Source of the DNA: Oscillospiraceae bacterium
GTDB taxonomy: Bacteria; Bacillota; Clostridia; Oscillospirales; Oscillospiraceae
NCBI GenBank assembly: GCA_902782615.1
Contig: CACZNU010000115.1
Coordinates: forward strand, 1 to 51,712
DNA: 51,712 nt
Direction: 5' to 3'
The translations under genes were made by a program, and so were the position numbers. Below are positions 35,629 through 46,199 of this stretch, one piece after another; the stretch's first letter is position 1, and every line of letters starts with the position of its first letter. The notes under the pieces are model-generated. The model was given only the letters and a program-made list of their open reading frames with translations. It did no database searches and had not been told where the DNA came from.

Positions 35629-36416
35629 TGCTGGAGATCCGCGATCTGCATGTGAAATTCCATAACCGGGACCGGGAAGCGGTGGCCGGTATCTCCCTGA
35701 CCATTGACGACGGAGAGATCGTTGGTCTGGTGGGGGAAAGCGGTAGCGGAAAGAGCGTCACCGCCATGAGCATTGCCGGTCTGCTGCCCCGGAAACAGTG
35801 CGACCTGTCCGGCGACATCCTGCTGGACGGAGAGGATCTGCTCCACGCGCCCCGCAGCGCTCTGCGGCAGATCCACGGCCGGCGGATCGGCGTGGTGTTC
35901 CAGGAGCCCATGAGCGCCATGGACCCGCTGATGCGGGTAGGCGAGCAGGTGGGCGAGGTGCTGCGCATCCACACCGGGCTGACGCCTGCCCAGCGGAAGA
36001 AAAAGGTGCTGGAGGTGCTCTCGGCGGTGGAACTGGCGGACCCGGAGGGTGTCTACAACAAGTACCCCCACGAGCTCTCCGGCGGTATGCTGCAGCGGGC
36101 CATGATCGCCGCGGCCATTGTGATCCAGCCCAGCCTGCTGCTGCTGGATGAGCCCACCACAGCTCTGGATGTGACCATCCAGGCCCAGATCCTGGAACTT
36201 TTGAAAAAGCTGAACGCAGAAAAGGGCATCTCCATGCTCTTTATCTCCCACAACCTGAACGTGGTAAGAAAGCTGTGCAAGCGCGTGGCAGTGATGCAAC
36301 GGGGCCTACTGGTGGAGTCGGGCGATACCAAAGACGTGTTCTTCCACCCCCAGCACCCTTATACCAGGCGCCTTATTGAGGCCATCCCCACCCGCCACGG
36401 AAAGGAGACGGTATGA
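35625..36416 (+). CDS. Opp/Dpp ABC ATP-binding protein (D-type)
   Basis: [28 protein letters not shown]. Confidence 0.94.
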   Translation: MMLEIRDLHVKFHNRDREAVAGISLTIDDGEIVGLVGESGSGKSVTAMSIAGLLPRKQCDLSGDILLDGEDLLHAPRSALRQIHGRRIGVVFQEPMSAMDPLMRVGEQVGEVLRIHTGLTPAQRKKKVLEVLSAVELADPEGVYNKYPHELSGGMLQRAMIAAAIVIQPSLLLLDEPTTALDVTIQAQILELLKKLNAEKGISMLFISHNLNVVRKLCKRVAVMQRGLLVESGDTKDVFFHPQHPYTRRLIEAIPTRHGKETV

Positions 36417-37156
36417 GCGAGCAAGATCTTGTGCTGGAAGTCCGGCACGTCAGCGGCGGCTACTGCACGCCGTCCCTCTTCGGTCGGGGCAAAAGCAGCT
36501 ATAAGGAAGTCCTCCACGATGTGGACTTCGTGGTCCGCCACGGGGAGATCCTGGGCCTGGTGGGGGAGAGCGGCACGGGAAAATCCACCCTGGCCCGCAT
36601 CATCCTGGGCCTGGTACAGCCGGAGAAGGGACAGGTGATCCACCACACCCCCCGTCCCCAGATCATCTTTCAGGATCCCTACAGCTCCCTCAACCCCGCC
36701 TACACGGTGGAGTGGTCCATCGAGGAGCCGCTGCGGATCTATGGCAAGTATGACGCCGCCGAGCGCAAGCGCCGTGTCCGGGAGATGCTGGAGCGTGTGG
36801 AGCTGCCGGAGGAGTGCCTGAAGGCCAAGCCAGACGAGCTCTCCGGCGGTCAGCGCCAGCGCGTCAGCATTGCCGCGGCCCTGATCCGCCGCCCCCGCTT
36901 TCTCATCGCTGACGAGCCGGTCTCCGCGCTGGATGTGACCATCCAGGCCCAGATCCTGCGTCTGATGCGGAACCTGCGGGAGGAACTGGACCTGAGCTAT
37001 CTCTTCATCTCCCACGATCTGAACGTGGTCTATCAGCTCTGCGACCGTGTGCTGGTCATGAAGCAGGGCCGCATCGTAGAGCAGGGTACCATCGATCAGG
37101 TGTTCAACCACCCCAAGGAGGAGTACACCAAGAAGCTGCTGGCCGCCGCCGAGTGA
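36413..37156 (+). CDS. Opp/Dpp ABC ATP-binding protein (F-type)
   Basis: [24 protein letters not shown]. Confidence 0.94.
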   Translation: MSEQDLVLEVRHVSGGYCTPSLFGRGKSSYKEVLHDVDFVVRHGEILGLVGESGTGKSTLARIILGLVQPEKGQVIHHTPRPQIIFQDPYSSLNPAYTVEWSIEEPLRIYGKYDAAERKRRVREMLERVELPEECLKAKPDELSGGQRQRVSIAAALIRRPRFLIADEPVSALDVTIQAQILRLMRNLREELDLSYLFISHDLNVVYQLCDRVLVMKQGRIVEQGTIDQVFNHPKEEYTKKLLAAAE

Positions 37157-37170
37157 GAAAGGAGACCGCC

Positions 37171-37728
37171 GTGACCATTCGCTACATCGCGGATATGCAC
37201 TTTGACCACGCTGACATCATCGCCTATGACAACCGCCCCTTCAACACGGTGGCGGAGATGAACGAGGCGCTGATCGCCAACTGGAACGCCGTGGTGGGTC
37301 CGGAGGACGTGACCTGGATCCTGGGCGACTTCTGCGCAGGCGGCGCCGACCGCTGGATGGAGATCCTTAGCCGGCTCAACGGACGCAAATGTCTCATCAC
37401 CGGCAACCACGACGATTCCGCCGCGGTGGAGGCCACAGCCCATCTTTTTGAAGACGTGGCAGCGTACCGGGAGATCGTGGACGGCGACCGCCACGTGGTG
37501 CTGTGCCACTACCCCATTCCGTCCTTCCGGGATCACTATTTCGGCTGGTACCACCTGTATGGCCACGTCCACACGTCCTTCGAGTGGAATATCGCCGAGA
37601 ATGCCCGGCGACTGCTGCGGAACCTCTATGTCCGGCAGGACGTATGCTGCATGGTCAATGCAGGCGCCATGACGCCCTGGGTGGCCTATACGCCCCGGAC
37701 GCTGGACGAACTGGCGGCCGGACTGTAA
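37171..37728 (+). CDS. Calcineurin-like metallophosphoesterase
   Basis: DMHF, LGDF, GNHD, CHYP, GHVH. AAGGAG RBS before GTG at 37171. Confidence 0.88.
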   Translation: MTIRYIADMHFDHADIIAYDNRPFNTVAEMNEALIANWNAVVGPEDVTWILGDFCAGGADRWMEILSRLNGRKCLITGNHDDSAAVEATAHLFEDVAAYREIVDGDRHVVLCHYPIPSFRDHYFGWYHLYGHVHTSFEWNIAENARRLLRNLYVRQDVCCMVNAGAMTPWVAYTPRTLDELAAGL

Positions 37729-37831
37729 AACGGCTTGAGGGCCCCGTATCCCTTGACCTTTGGGGGATACGGGGCTATAATCATCTTCGGAAATACTGAT
37801 AATATAATGATCATAGATCAAGGAGGGCACT

Positions 37832-39052
37832 ATGGAAGCTTATGAGAGACTGATCCGCTACATCGGTTTTGATACCGTCAGCGACGAGGAGAGCGAGACC
37901 ACTCCGTCCACCCCCTGCCAGTTCGATCTGGCCAGGGCGCTGGAGAAGGAGATGCGGGAGATGGGCCTGCAGGATGTGTACATGGACGATCACGCCTATG
38001 TCTACGGAAAGATCCCCGCCACCGCCGGCATGGAGAACGTGACGAAGATCGGCTTTATCGCCCATCTGGACACCGTCACCACCGGCAAGAACGGTCCTGC
38101 CCAGTATCGTTTGGTGCCTGACTATGACGGCGGTACTGTTGCCCTGGGCGACAGTGACCTCCATCTGGATCCGGAGACCTTTCCCCACCTGAAGAACATG
38201 GTGGGTGAGACCCTGATCACCACCGACGGCACCATGGTCCTGGGCGCCGACGACAAGGCCGGTATCGCCGAGATCCTGACCATGTGCGAGCATCTGCTGG
38301 CGGACGGCCGGCCCCACGGCGCCATCAGCGTCTGCTTTACCCCTGATGAGGAGATCGGCCACGGCGCCGCTCTACTGGATCTGGAACGGTTCGGCGCGGA
38401 GCTGGCCTATACCGCCGATGGCTCCGCCGTGGGTGAGATCGAGTATGAAACCTTCAACGCCGCCGCTGCCAAGTGGGAGATCCAGGGCGTGTCCGTCCAT
38501 CCCGGCAGCGCCAAGGACGTGATGATCAACGCCGCCCACGTGGCCGCCGAGATCGACCAGCTGCTGCCGGGCGATGAGCGTCCCCGGGACACCGAGGGCT
38601 ACCAGGGCTTCTATCACCTGACCGACATGGCCGGCGATGTGAGCCATGCCAGGGTGCAGTACATCATCCGCGACCATGACAGCGCCCGCTTTGAGGCGCG
38701 CAAGGAGGTCATGCGCGGTGTGGAGAAGACCATCAACGCCCGCTATGGCGCTGACGTGGCCAAGGTGACCATTACCGACCAGTACCGGAATATGCGCCAG
38801 GTCATCGAGGAGCATCCCGAGGTGGTGGAGGCGGCCCGGGATGCCATCCGCAGTGTGGGTATGGAGCCGGTGAGCAATCCCATCCGCGGCGGTACCGATG
38901 GCGCCCAGCTTTCCTTCCGCGGCCTGCCCTGCCCCAACCTGGGCACCGGCGGCTACAGCTTCCACGGCCCCTATGAGCACATCTCCGTTCAGCAGATGGA
39001 CAAAGCTGTCCGGGTGCTGGAGGCCATTGTGGATTGGTTTGTCCAGCGATAA
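37832..39052 (+). CDS. pepT: Peptidase T (tripeptidase)
   Basis: AHLDT, LGADDKAG, TPDEEIG, VHPGSAK, PIRGGTDG, FHGPYE. Confidence 0.95.
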   Translation: MEAYERLIRYIGFDTVSDEESETTPSTPCQFDLARALEKEMREMGLQDVYMDDHAYVYGKIPATAGMENVTKIGFIAHLDTVTTGKNGPAQYRLVPDYDGGTVALGDSDLHLDPETFPHLKNMVGETLITTDGTMVLGADDKAGIAEILTMCEHLLADGRPHGAISVCFTPDEEIGHGAALLDLERFGAELAYTADGSAVGEIEYETFNAAAAKWEIQGVSVHPGSAKDVMINAAHVAAEIDQLLPGDERPRDTEGYQGFYHLTDMAGDVSHARVQYIIRDHDSARFEARKEVMRGVEKTINARYGADVAKVTITDQYRNMRQVIEEHPEVVEAARDAIRSVGMEPVSNPIRGGTDGAQLSFRGLPCPNLGTGGYSFHGPYEHISVQQMDKAVRVLEAIVDWFVQR

Positions 39053-39190
39053 AAAAACGGGCAAAAAGGGTAAAATATTGGCGAATTTGCCACCGAATGG
39101 TACTTCCTTTTCGGAGCGTTTTGTAATATAATGTTCAGCACTGACCGTCTCAGGACGGACTGTTTTCTGAAATAGAAGGATGATATCGAT

Positions 39191-39649
39191 ATGAAACGAT
39201 TTTTTGCTCTGATATTGGTCGTGCTTCTGACGGTTTTTGCCGCCGGCTGCGGCGAAAACGGCCAGCAGGAGGTGGATGTGTCCGCCCTGGCCTCTGCCTT
39301 GGCCCAGCAGGTGGAGTTTGAGGCTCCCATGAAGGAGCTGACGGCGGAGCAGCTGAGCAACTATCTGACCCTGCCGGAGGGCGCCAAGGCGGCGGCCTAC
39401 ATGAGCAACGGCACCACCGCCGAGGAGGTCATGGCGGTCCAGTGCGCCGACAGCAGCGAGGCTGCCGCGGTAAAATCGGCGATCGAGAGTTTTCTGGCCG
39501 ACCAGCGGGCCGAGATGGAACGCTATCTGCCGGAGGAGGTAGCCCGGCTGGAGAACGCCGTCCTGGCCCAGAAAGGCAGCTGCGTGGTGCTGTGCGTCAC
39601 CGCCGATACGGACACGGCCGAGAGCATTATTAAGGAGTACCTGGGATGA
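39191..39649 (+). CDS. DUF4358-type lipoprotein
   Basis: Lipobox AAGC, Y.PEE..RLENAV. First gene of the DHHW/MBOAT cluster. Confidence 0.75.
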   Translation: MKRFFALILVVLLTVFAAGCGENGQQEVDVSALASALAQQVEFEAPMKELTAEQLSNYLTLPEGAKAAAYMSNGTTAEEVMAVQCADSSEAAAVKSAIESFLADQRAEMERYLPEEVARLENAVLAQKGSCVVLCVTADTDTAESIIKEYLG

Positions 39650-40848
39650 AGAAACGCTACAAAAGCGCATATAAGGGCTACCGGGGCCGCAATCCCTGGC
39701 GGCGCAATGCCGTGCCCATAGTGGCGGCGGTGATCCTGGTACTGGGCGCGGTGGCTGCCCTGTATTTCGGAGGCGCCTTTGACCGGCTTTCGGATCTGCT
39801 GCCCCACCGCCAGCCGGTGGAGGACGTGGATCCCGCACCGGACCCAACGCCGGCCCCGGATACCCAACCTGACCCCGCCCCCATCCCCAACCCACAACCG
39901 GATCCGGATCCCGTCGTGGAGACCGGCTACGCCACCATTGAGATCAGCGGCGAGAAGCAGCGCTATGACACCCTCTTTCGAGTGGGTGACACAGGCTTTG
40001 AATACTTTACCTACCTGCCTGAGGTGGGTCAGAAATACGCCGACGCCGTCAACAAGACGGCAAATGACCTGAACGGCTCAGCGGCGGTCTATGCCATCAC
40101 CATCCCCCTGTCCTCCTCTGTGGGACTGCCGGATGATATGGCGGGACAGGACGTCTTCGGAGACCAGAAGGCCGCCGAGGAGAGCGTGGACGCCCTGATG
40201 GGGGCGAATATCCACCCGATCCCGCTCTATGAGGCGCTGATGCAGCACCGCAGTGAGTACATCTATTTCCGCACCGACCACCACTGGACAGCCCTGGGTG
40301 CCTACTATGCCTACTGCCAGTTCTGCCAGGCCAAGGGCGTCACACCCCATGCCCTGGCCGACTATGGGAAGGATGAGTATCCCGGCTTCCTAGGCTCCTT
40401 CTACCGGGACAGCGGTGAGAGCAAGGAGATGGCCGCCCACCCTGACGTGGTGGAGGCCTACCACCCCGTCAGCCAGAACGCCGAGCTGGACTATACCGAC
40501 GAGGGCGGCAACGTCCAGCGCTGGCAGGTCATCTATGACGTGACGGACTATCCCGCCGATCTGAAGTACAGCTGTTTCATCGGCAGCGACCATTCCTATA
40601 CCGTCATCCGCAACCCGGATCTGACGGACAACTCCTCCTGTGTGGTCATCAAGGAGTCCTTCGGCAACGCCTTTGTCCCCTACCTGGTGGACCACTACCA
40701 GACGGTCCACGTCATCGACTACCGCTACTGGGAGGGAAATCTGACGGATTTCATCAAAGCAAACGGCGTGCAAGATGTGATCTTCATCAACAACCTGTCC
40801 GCCATCCGCAGCACCTATCTGATGGGCAAGCTGCAGGGCATCGTTTAA
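39646..40848 (+). CDS. DHHW family protein (SGNH/AlgJ-like O-acyltransferase)
   Basis: YFRTDHHWT, KESFGNAF, TM anchor plus Pro/Asp linker. Confidence 0.88.
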   Translation: MKKRYKSAYKGYRGRNPWRRNAVPIVAAVILVLGAVAALYFGGAFDRLSDLLPHRQPVEDVDPAPDPTPAPDTQPDPAPIPNPQPDPDPVVETGYATIEISGEKQRYDTLFRVGDTGFEYFTYLPEVGQKYADAVNKTANDLNGSAAVYAITIPLSSSVGLPDDMAGQDVFGDQKAAEESVDALMGANIHPIPLYEALMQHRSEYIYFRTDHHWTALGAYYAYCQFCQAKGVTPHALADYGKDEYPGFLGSFYRDSGESKEMAAHPDVVEAYHPVSQNAELDYTDEGGNVQRWQVIYDVTDYPADLKYSCFIGSDHSYTVIRNPDLTDNSSCVVIKESFGNAFVPYLVDHYQTVHVIDYRYWEGNLTDFIKANGVQDVIFINNLSAIRSTYLMGKLQGIV

Positions 40849-40920
40849 AAAAATAGAAGTGGGGCAGAGCAGCTGCTCTGCCCCACTTCTATGTGATTTC
40901 AGAGGAAAGGATCAGAGGCC

Positions 40921-42321
40921 ATGGTTTTCTCCAGCACCGTTTTTCTGCTGCTGTTTCTGCCGTTGGTGGCGATATTATACTATCTCTGCCCGCGCCGGGG
41001 CCGCAACGCGGTGCTGCTGATCGCCAGCCTGCTGTTCTACGGCTGGGGCGAGCCCAAATATATCCTCATTATGCTCTTTTCCACTGTGTTTGATTATTGC
41101 AACGGTCTGGGCATTGCCCGTCTCCGGAGGCGGGGAAAAGAGAAGGCCGCCAAAGCGGTGCTGGTTTTGTCGGTGGTGGGCAATTTGTCCATCATGTGCT
41201 TTTTCAAGTACACGGATTTTGCCATCGCCAATGTCAACAGCCTGTTGCATCTGGGCCTGCCGGCCCTGGGATTGGCTCTGCCCATCGGTATCTCCTTCTA
41301 TACCTTCCAGACCATGTCCTACACCATCGATGTCTATCGGGGGCAGGTGGCGCCACAGAGGAACATTCTGGATTTTGCCGCCTACGTGACGCTGTTCCCC
41401 CAGCTGATTGCCGGGCCCATCGTCCAGTACAAGACGGTGGAAAAGGACCTGCATCTTCGGCGGGAGAACTGGCTGGAGGCCAGCCGGGGCCTGCAGCGGT
41501 TCGTTATCGGTCTGGGCAAGAAGGTGCTCATCGCCAACCAGGTGGGCGCGTTGTGGGAGACCGTCTCCGCCATGGAGCATCCCTCGGCCCTGACGGCCTG
41601 GCTGGGCGCCCTGGCCTTTACCTTCCAGATCTATTTCGACTTCTCCGGCTATTCCGACATGGCCATCGGCTTGGGTCATCTGTTCGGCTTTACTTTCCTG
41701 GAGAACTTCCGCTATCCCTATGAGTCCCGCAGCGTCACCGAATTCTGGCGCCGCTGGCACATCAGCCTGGGCACCTGGTTCCGGGAGTATGTCTATATTC
41801 CCCTGGGCGGCAACCGCCGCGGGCTGGGCCGCCAGCTCATCAACCTGGCCGTGGTCTGGTTTTTGACGGGCCTGTGGCACGGGGCCAGCTGGAACTTCGT
41901 GCTGTGGGGCCTCTACTATGCGGTGCTGCTGATCCTGGAGAAGACGGTGCTGCTCCGCGTGCTGGACCGTCTGCCCCGGTTCGTGGGCCACATCTACACC
42001 TGCTTCTGCTTCGTCATGGGCTGGGTGCTGTTCGCCATCACTGATTTCGGCCAGCTGGGCCGTTATGTGGCTGCTATGTTCACCGCACCTCCGGCCGATG
42101 GCACCTTTGCGTATCTGCTGCGGTCCAACGCGGTGCTGCTGATCCTGGCCGCCGTGGGCTGCACCATGCTGCCGGCCAAAGTCTGGCAGCGGCTGGAAGG
42201 GAAGTTGCCTGAGCCCACCGCTGTGGCAGCGCGGACAGTGGGCGTGACAGCTGTCCTGCTGGTGAGTATTGCTTTCCTGGTGGGGGACAGCTACAACCCG
42301 TTCCTGTATTTCCGGTTCTGA
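40921..42321 (+). CDS. MBOAT O-acyltransferase (AlgI/PatA/DltB-like)
   Basis: LPIGISFYTFQ, FPQLIAGPI, DFSGYSDMAIG, FWRRWHISL, GLWHGA, C-terminal PFLYFRF. Confidence 0.95.
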   Translation: MVFSSTVFLLLFLPLVAILYYLCPRRGRNAVLLIASLLFYGWGEPKYILIMLFSTVFDYCNGLGIARLRRRGKEKAAKAVLVLSVVGNLSIMCFFKYTDFAIANVNSLLHLGLPALGLALPIGISFYTFQTMSYTIDVYRGQVAPQRNILDFAAYVTLFPQLIAGPIVQYKTVEKDLHLRRENWLEASRGLQRFVIGLGKKVLIANQVGALWETVSAMEHPSALTAWLGALAFTFQIYFDFSGYSDMAIGLGHLFGFTFLENFRYPYESRSVTEFWRRWHISLGTWFREYVYIPLGGNRRGLGRQLINLAVVWFLTGLWHGASWNFVLWGLYYAVLLILEKTVLLRVLDRLPRFVGHIYTCFCFVMGWVLFAITDFGQLGRYVAAMFTAPPADGTFAYLLRSNAVLLILAAVGCTMLPAKVWQRLEGKLPEPTAVAARTVGVTAVLLVSIAFLVGDSYNPFLYFRF

Positions 42322-42334
42322 GAGGAGGGGCGAG

Positions 42335-43444
42335 ATGAAAAGAAGAGAATTGCCGCCCCTGATCGCCATCACGGTGATCCTGCTGGGACTTTCCTTGGCG
42401 TCACTGCTGCTGCCGGACCGGACTTTTTCCGCCAATGAGAACCGCTATCTTCAGCAGGTCCCCCGCCTGACGGCGGATCGGGTCCTGTCCGGAAGGTTTT
42501 CCGAAGAGGCGGAAAAATACGAGAGCGACCAGATGGCCTTCCGGGACTTCTGGATGGGCACCGCCTCTTGGCTGCAGCGTCTGGCGGGCAAGGATGACAT
42601 TGGCGGGGTCTATCTGGGGAGGGACGGGTACCTCTTTGCCAAGCTGACGGAGGACGATTTCGACCAGAGCCGGTATGAGAAAAATCTCCAGGCCGTGGCG
42701 AGCTTTTTCACCGTCCACGGCGACCTGGACTGCCGGATCCTGCTGGCCCCGTCTCCGGCCTATGTACTCCCGGAACTGCTCCCGGCCAACGCCCCCATGT
42801 ATGACGCAGCTCTGCGCCATGAACAGTTGGCAGAGACGGTAGGGGAGGACCGGGTGATCGACGTGCGCCGGGCGCTGACGACTGTGCCCCAACCCTACTA
42901 CCGCACCGACCACCATTGGACCACCGAGGGTGCCTACGCCGCCTATGGCGTCTGGTGCGAGGCCACCGGCCGCGAGGCCCGTTCCTGGACGCCCTCCACC
43001 GCCACGGCCGATTTCCGGGGCACCCTGTACTCCAAGGTGCTGCTGCCCGACGCCGCCTATGACGTTATTTCCATGGACCGGGACGTGACCGTCCGCTCCG
43101 TGGATTGTGACGGCACGGTGACGGACAGCCTCTATGACATGACAAAACTGATGGAGAAGGACCAGTACACCCTGTTCCAGGGCGGCAACTGGGCCAAGGT
43201 CACCATCGAGACCGGCGTAAAGAACGGCCGGCATCTGCTGCTGGTGAAGGACTCCTTCGCCAACTGCTTTGTGCCCTTTCTGACGGAGGACTACGAGACC
43301 ATCACCATGCTGGACCTGCGCTATTTCAACGATCCGGTGGAGGAGTTGATGGCCGAGCAGGGCACCACTGACGTGCTGATTCTCTACGAGCTGAGCAATT
43401 TTGCCGCCGACAGCAACCTTTTCAAACTGAACGATGGACAATAA
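42335..43444 (+). CDS. DHHW family protein
   Basis: ENRYL, YYRTDHHWT, KDSFANCF. Confidence 0.88.
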   Translation: MKRRELPPLIAITVILLGLSLASLLLPDRTFSANENRYLQQVPRLTADRVLSGRFSEEAEKYESDQMAFRDFWMGTASWLQRLAGKDDIGGVYLGRDGYLFAKLTEDDFDQSRYEKNLQAVASFFTVHGDLDCRILLAPSPAYVLPELLPANAPMYDAALRHEQLAETVGEDRVIDVRRALTTVPQPYYRTDHHWTTEGAYAAYGVWCEATGREARSWTPSTATADFRGTLYSKVLLPDAAYDVISMDRDVTVRSVDCDGTVTDSLYDMTKLMEKDQYTLFQGGNWAKVTIETGVKNGRHLLLVKDSFANCFVPFLTEDYETITMLDLRYFNDPVEELMAEQGTTDVLILYELSNFAADSNLFKLNDGQ

Positions 43445-43502
43445 CCCTTGCATCGGGGGGATTTCCCCTGTATAATGAGAAAAAATCGCAAGGAGGGCCA
43501 CC

Positions 43503-43988
43503 ATGGAGCGCATCAGCAAGGAGAATTACTATCTGGACATTGCCGAGACGGTGCTGGAACGGGCCACCTGCCTGCGCCGGGTCTACGGCGCCATCATCGT
43601 GAAGAACGACGAGATCATCTCCACCGGCTATAACGGCGCGCCCCGCGGCCGCCGCAACTGCGTGGACATGGGCTACTGCACCCGGGAGGCGTTGATGGTG
43701 CCCCGGGGCGAGCGGTATGAGCTGTGCCGCAGCGTCCACGCTGAGGCCAATGCCATCATCTCAGCTGCCCGGCGGGACATGGTGGGCGCCACGCTGTATC
43801 TGGTAGGCCGCAACGCCCAGACCAAGGAGCTGCTGGGGGACGCCACCTCCTGCTCCATGTGCCGCCGCACGGTCATCAACGCCGGCATCGCCCGGGTGGT
43901 GATCCGCCGCACCCCCACCGAGTTTGAGGTGGTGGATGTGCAGGACTGGGTGGCCCAGGACGACCTGCCCGACCCCATACAGAACTGA
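43503..43988 (+). CDS. dCMP deaminase / ComEB-family Zn deaminase
   Basis: STGYNGAP, HAEANA, CSMC. Confidence 0.9.
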   Translation: MERISKENYYLDIAETVLERATCLRRVYGAIIVKNDEIISTGYNGAPRGRRNCVDMGYCTREALMVPRGERYELCRSVHAEANAIISAARRDMVGATLYLVGRNAQTKELLGDATSCSMCRRTVINAGIARVVIRRTPTEFEVVDVQDWVAQDDLPDPIQN

Positions 43989-43993
43989 ATGAC

Positions 43994-44025
43994 AAAACCC
44001 CACCGCCAAAAGCGGTGGGGTTTTT
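43994..44025. terminator. Bidirectional terminator
   Basis: AAAACCCCACCGC-CAAAA-GCGGTGGGGTTTTT. Confidence 0.85.
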
Positions 44026-44041
44026 GTTGCGTGTTTCCGGT

Positions 44042-44776
44042 TTACAGCGCCCGGAACAGGGCCAGCAGGTCCGCCGGGGAGACGGCCTCATCGTAAGAGG
44101 CGGCGGTGATGCAGGCGATATAAGAGCCGTTCTTCACAAAGACCATGGTCTCATACAGGGAAACGTCACCCGTTGTACCGTCCAGCTTTAGAGCGGTACG
44201 GCTGCTGCCGGCAAAATCCAGGGTGGTCTTCTCCAGGTTGGCGACGTTGATGCCGGCGGAAGCCAGCACCTCGGGCAGACCTTTGAGACTGGCATCGGCA
44301 TAGGCCTCCTCGTTCATCATAATGCCGCCCAGACTGCCCAGATCCTGCACCGTGATGTTGATGGAGGAATTATCTGTCTGGTTGAGGCAGTAGAGGTCAT
44401 ATACCGTGGAGCCGCCCTCCATCTGCTTTTTGAACGTCTCGTCGTCAAAGGTATCCGCTACCAGACCACCCAACTGGGCCAGCTGCTCATCGTTGGCGAT
44501 GATCCAGTTGTCATCCAGCGTCAGCATAAGACCAAAGAAATCGCTGGTGTAGGTGCTGCCCTCCACCGTGCCCCGGTGGAATTCCGGATCCTGAGCGTCT
44601 TCGCTGCTCTGAGCGTCGTTTGGAGTCTGAGTCTCCTGACTGTTGCCGGTGTTCTCGGTGCTTTCGCCGCTCTGGGTGGGCGTTTTGTCCTCAACGGGGG
44701 CACTCTTTCCGCCGCAGGCCGCCAGACTTAGGGCCAGCACCAGAGCCAGCAGCAGGGCAACGGCTTTTTTCAGCAT
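44042..44776 (-). CDS. Hypothetical lipoprotein
   Basis: Lipobox LAAC, disordered linker, G....STYTSDFFGL domain. Confidence 0.8.
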   Translation of the reverse strand: MLKKAVALLLALVLALSLAACGGKSAPVEDKTPTQSGESTENTGNSQETQTPNDAQSSEDAQDPEFHRGTVEGSTYTSDFFGLMLTLDDNWIIANDEQLAQLGGLVADTFDDETFKKQMEGGSTVYDLYCLNQTDNSSINITVQDLGSLGGIMMNEEAYADASLKGLPEVLASAGINVANLEKTTLDFAGSSRTALKLDGTTGDVSLYETMVFVKNGSYIACITAASYDEAVSPADLLALFRAL

Positions 44777-44894
44777 TTCGGTTCTCCTCTTTTCTCATCG
44801 TAAGCTTGTAGTGACGGCGCAATAATTCGCCGTTTCTCTACAAAAAGTATAGCAAAAAGAGCCCGCACCGTCAATAAGGGCGCAGAGCAGGATA

Positions 44895-44932
44895 AAAACA
44901 GCTCCCGCTGCCAACAGGCAGCGGGAGCTGTT
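44895..44932 (-). terminator. Terminator of rpsF-ssb-rpsR
   Basis: AACAGCTCCCGCTGCC...GGCAGCGGGAGCTGTT. Confidence 0.8.
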
Positions 44933-44944
44933 TATTCACCTTAC

Positions 44945-45196
44945 TTACTCGGTCACGAAGGGCAGCAGAGCGATCTGACGGGCCCGCTTGATGGCCTCGG
45001 TCAGCTGACGCTGATGCATGGCGCAGGTACCGGTGGTGCGGCGGGGCAGGATCTTGGAGCGCTCGCTGATGAAGCGACGCAGCTTGGCAGCATCCTTGTA
45101 GTCGATCCACTCGACCTTGTCAACGCAGAACTGGCAGACCTTTTTGCGCTTGCGGATATTACCGCGAGGCGCTCTATTTTCGCGTTCCATAGCCAT
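44945..45196 (-). CDS. rpsR: 30S ribosomal protein S18
   Basis: [30 protein letters not shown]. Confidence 0.98.
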   Translation of the reverse strand: MAMERENRAPRGNIRKRKKVCQFCVDKVEWIDYKDAAKLRRFISERSKILPRRTTGTCAMHQRQLTEAIKRARQIALLPFVTE

Positions 45197-45240
45197 GGAA
45201 GTTTCCTCCTTAAAAGATTTTGTCGTGTGTCCAGCACACA

Positions 45241-45705
45241 TCAGAACGGCAGCTCGCCGTCCTCCTCATCGATCTCGGCAAAGTCGGACGTGCCGCCTAC
45301 CGGAGCGCTGTAGCCGCCGGAAGGAGCGCCGTAGGCCGGAGCGCTGTAGCCGCCGCCGAAGCTTTCGCCCCGGTCAGCGCCGTCGCGCCGGCTGTCGCCG
45401 AAATAGATGTTGTCGGCAACGACCTCCGCGCTGCGGCGCTTGTTGCCGTCCCGATCCGTCCAGTCGCGCATCTGCAGCCGGCCCTCCACCACGGCCATAC
45501 GGCCCTTGGCGAAGTACTTGGCCACGAATTCAGCGGTGGCGCGCCAGGCGACCACGTCGATGAAATCGGTCTCCTTCTCGCCGCTCTGGGACTTGAAGTC
45601 CCGGTCAACGGCCAGGGAGAAGCTGGTCACGGCTGTGCCGCTCTGGGTGCGGCGCAGTTCGGGATCCCGGGTCAGACGACCCATGATAAAAATCTTGTTC
45701 AGCAT
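45241..45705 (-). CDS. ssb: Single-stranded DNA-binding protein
   Basis: [18 protein letters not shown], acidic tail DGELPF. Confidence 0.98.
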   Translation of the reverse strand: MLNKIFIMGRLTRDPELRRTQSGTAVTSFSLAVDRDFKSQSGEKETDFIDVVAWRATAEFVAKYFAKGRMAVVEGRLQMRDWTDRDGNKRRSAEVVADNIYFGDSRRDGADRGESFGGGYSAPAYGAPSGGYSAPVGGTSDFAEIDEEDGELPF

Positions 45706-45718
45706 GTTGTTGCCTCCC

Positions 45719-46015
45719 TTACTCGCCTCTGCAGACGATCATGGAACGCATAATGCCCTCGGTAATGCCGAGGATACGGTCCAGCTCCCGGGGGAACTCG
45801 GGACCGCTGGTGAAGGACATCAGGACATAGTGACCTTCCGTCTTGTAGTCGATGGCGTAGGCCAGCTTACGCGTGCCCCACTCGTCTACGACCACGTTGG
45901 TACCATTCTGCTCAGCCAGAGCCTGGAACTTTGCCACGGTAGCGGCAATAGCCTCCTCACCCTGTGCAGGGTCGATGATATAAACGACCTCATAGTTGGC
46001 AGAAATCTTAGCCAT
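45719..46015 (-). CDS. rpsF: 30S ribosomal protein S6
   Basis: YEVVYIIDP, WGTRKLAYAI. Standard rpsF-ssb-rpsR order. Confidence 0.97.
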   Translation of the reverse strand: MAKISANYEVVYIIDPAQGEEAIAATVAKFQALAEQNGTNVVVDEWGTRKLAYAIDYKTEGHYVLMSFTSGPEFPRELDRILGITEGIMRSMIVCRGE

Positions 46016-46075
46016 ACTCTTTTGCACCTCCTTTTGGACAAATGGCCCTCACTCTTTGGTGAGAGCAAGGATTTA
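46016..46075 (-). promoter_or_regulatory. Probable S6:S18 ribosomal protein leader
   Basis: Minus strand TCCTTG-CTCTCAC...GTGAGGG-CCA...AAGGAGG: an anti-SD stem with a CCR loop upstream of rpsF. Confidence 0.65.
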
Positions 46076-46199
46076 CCCGCTGATACGCGAGCCTATTTAT
46101 TATACCGGATCGCCGGAAAAAGTCAAGCATATTTTGAACAAAACCGGGCTATTTCGGAAAAATAGGGGCGGTTTTCTGAAAAACCACCCCTGTTTTCAC

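Noticed and set aside
45300-45356. Duplicated 20-mer in ssb and Pro-Asp repeats at ~39830-39910
   Set aside because: Ordinary low-complexity protein linkers (GGYSAP x2; PD/PT).
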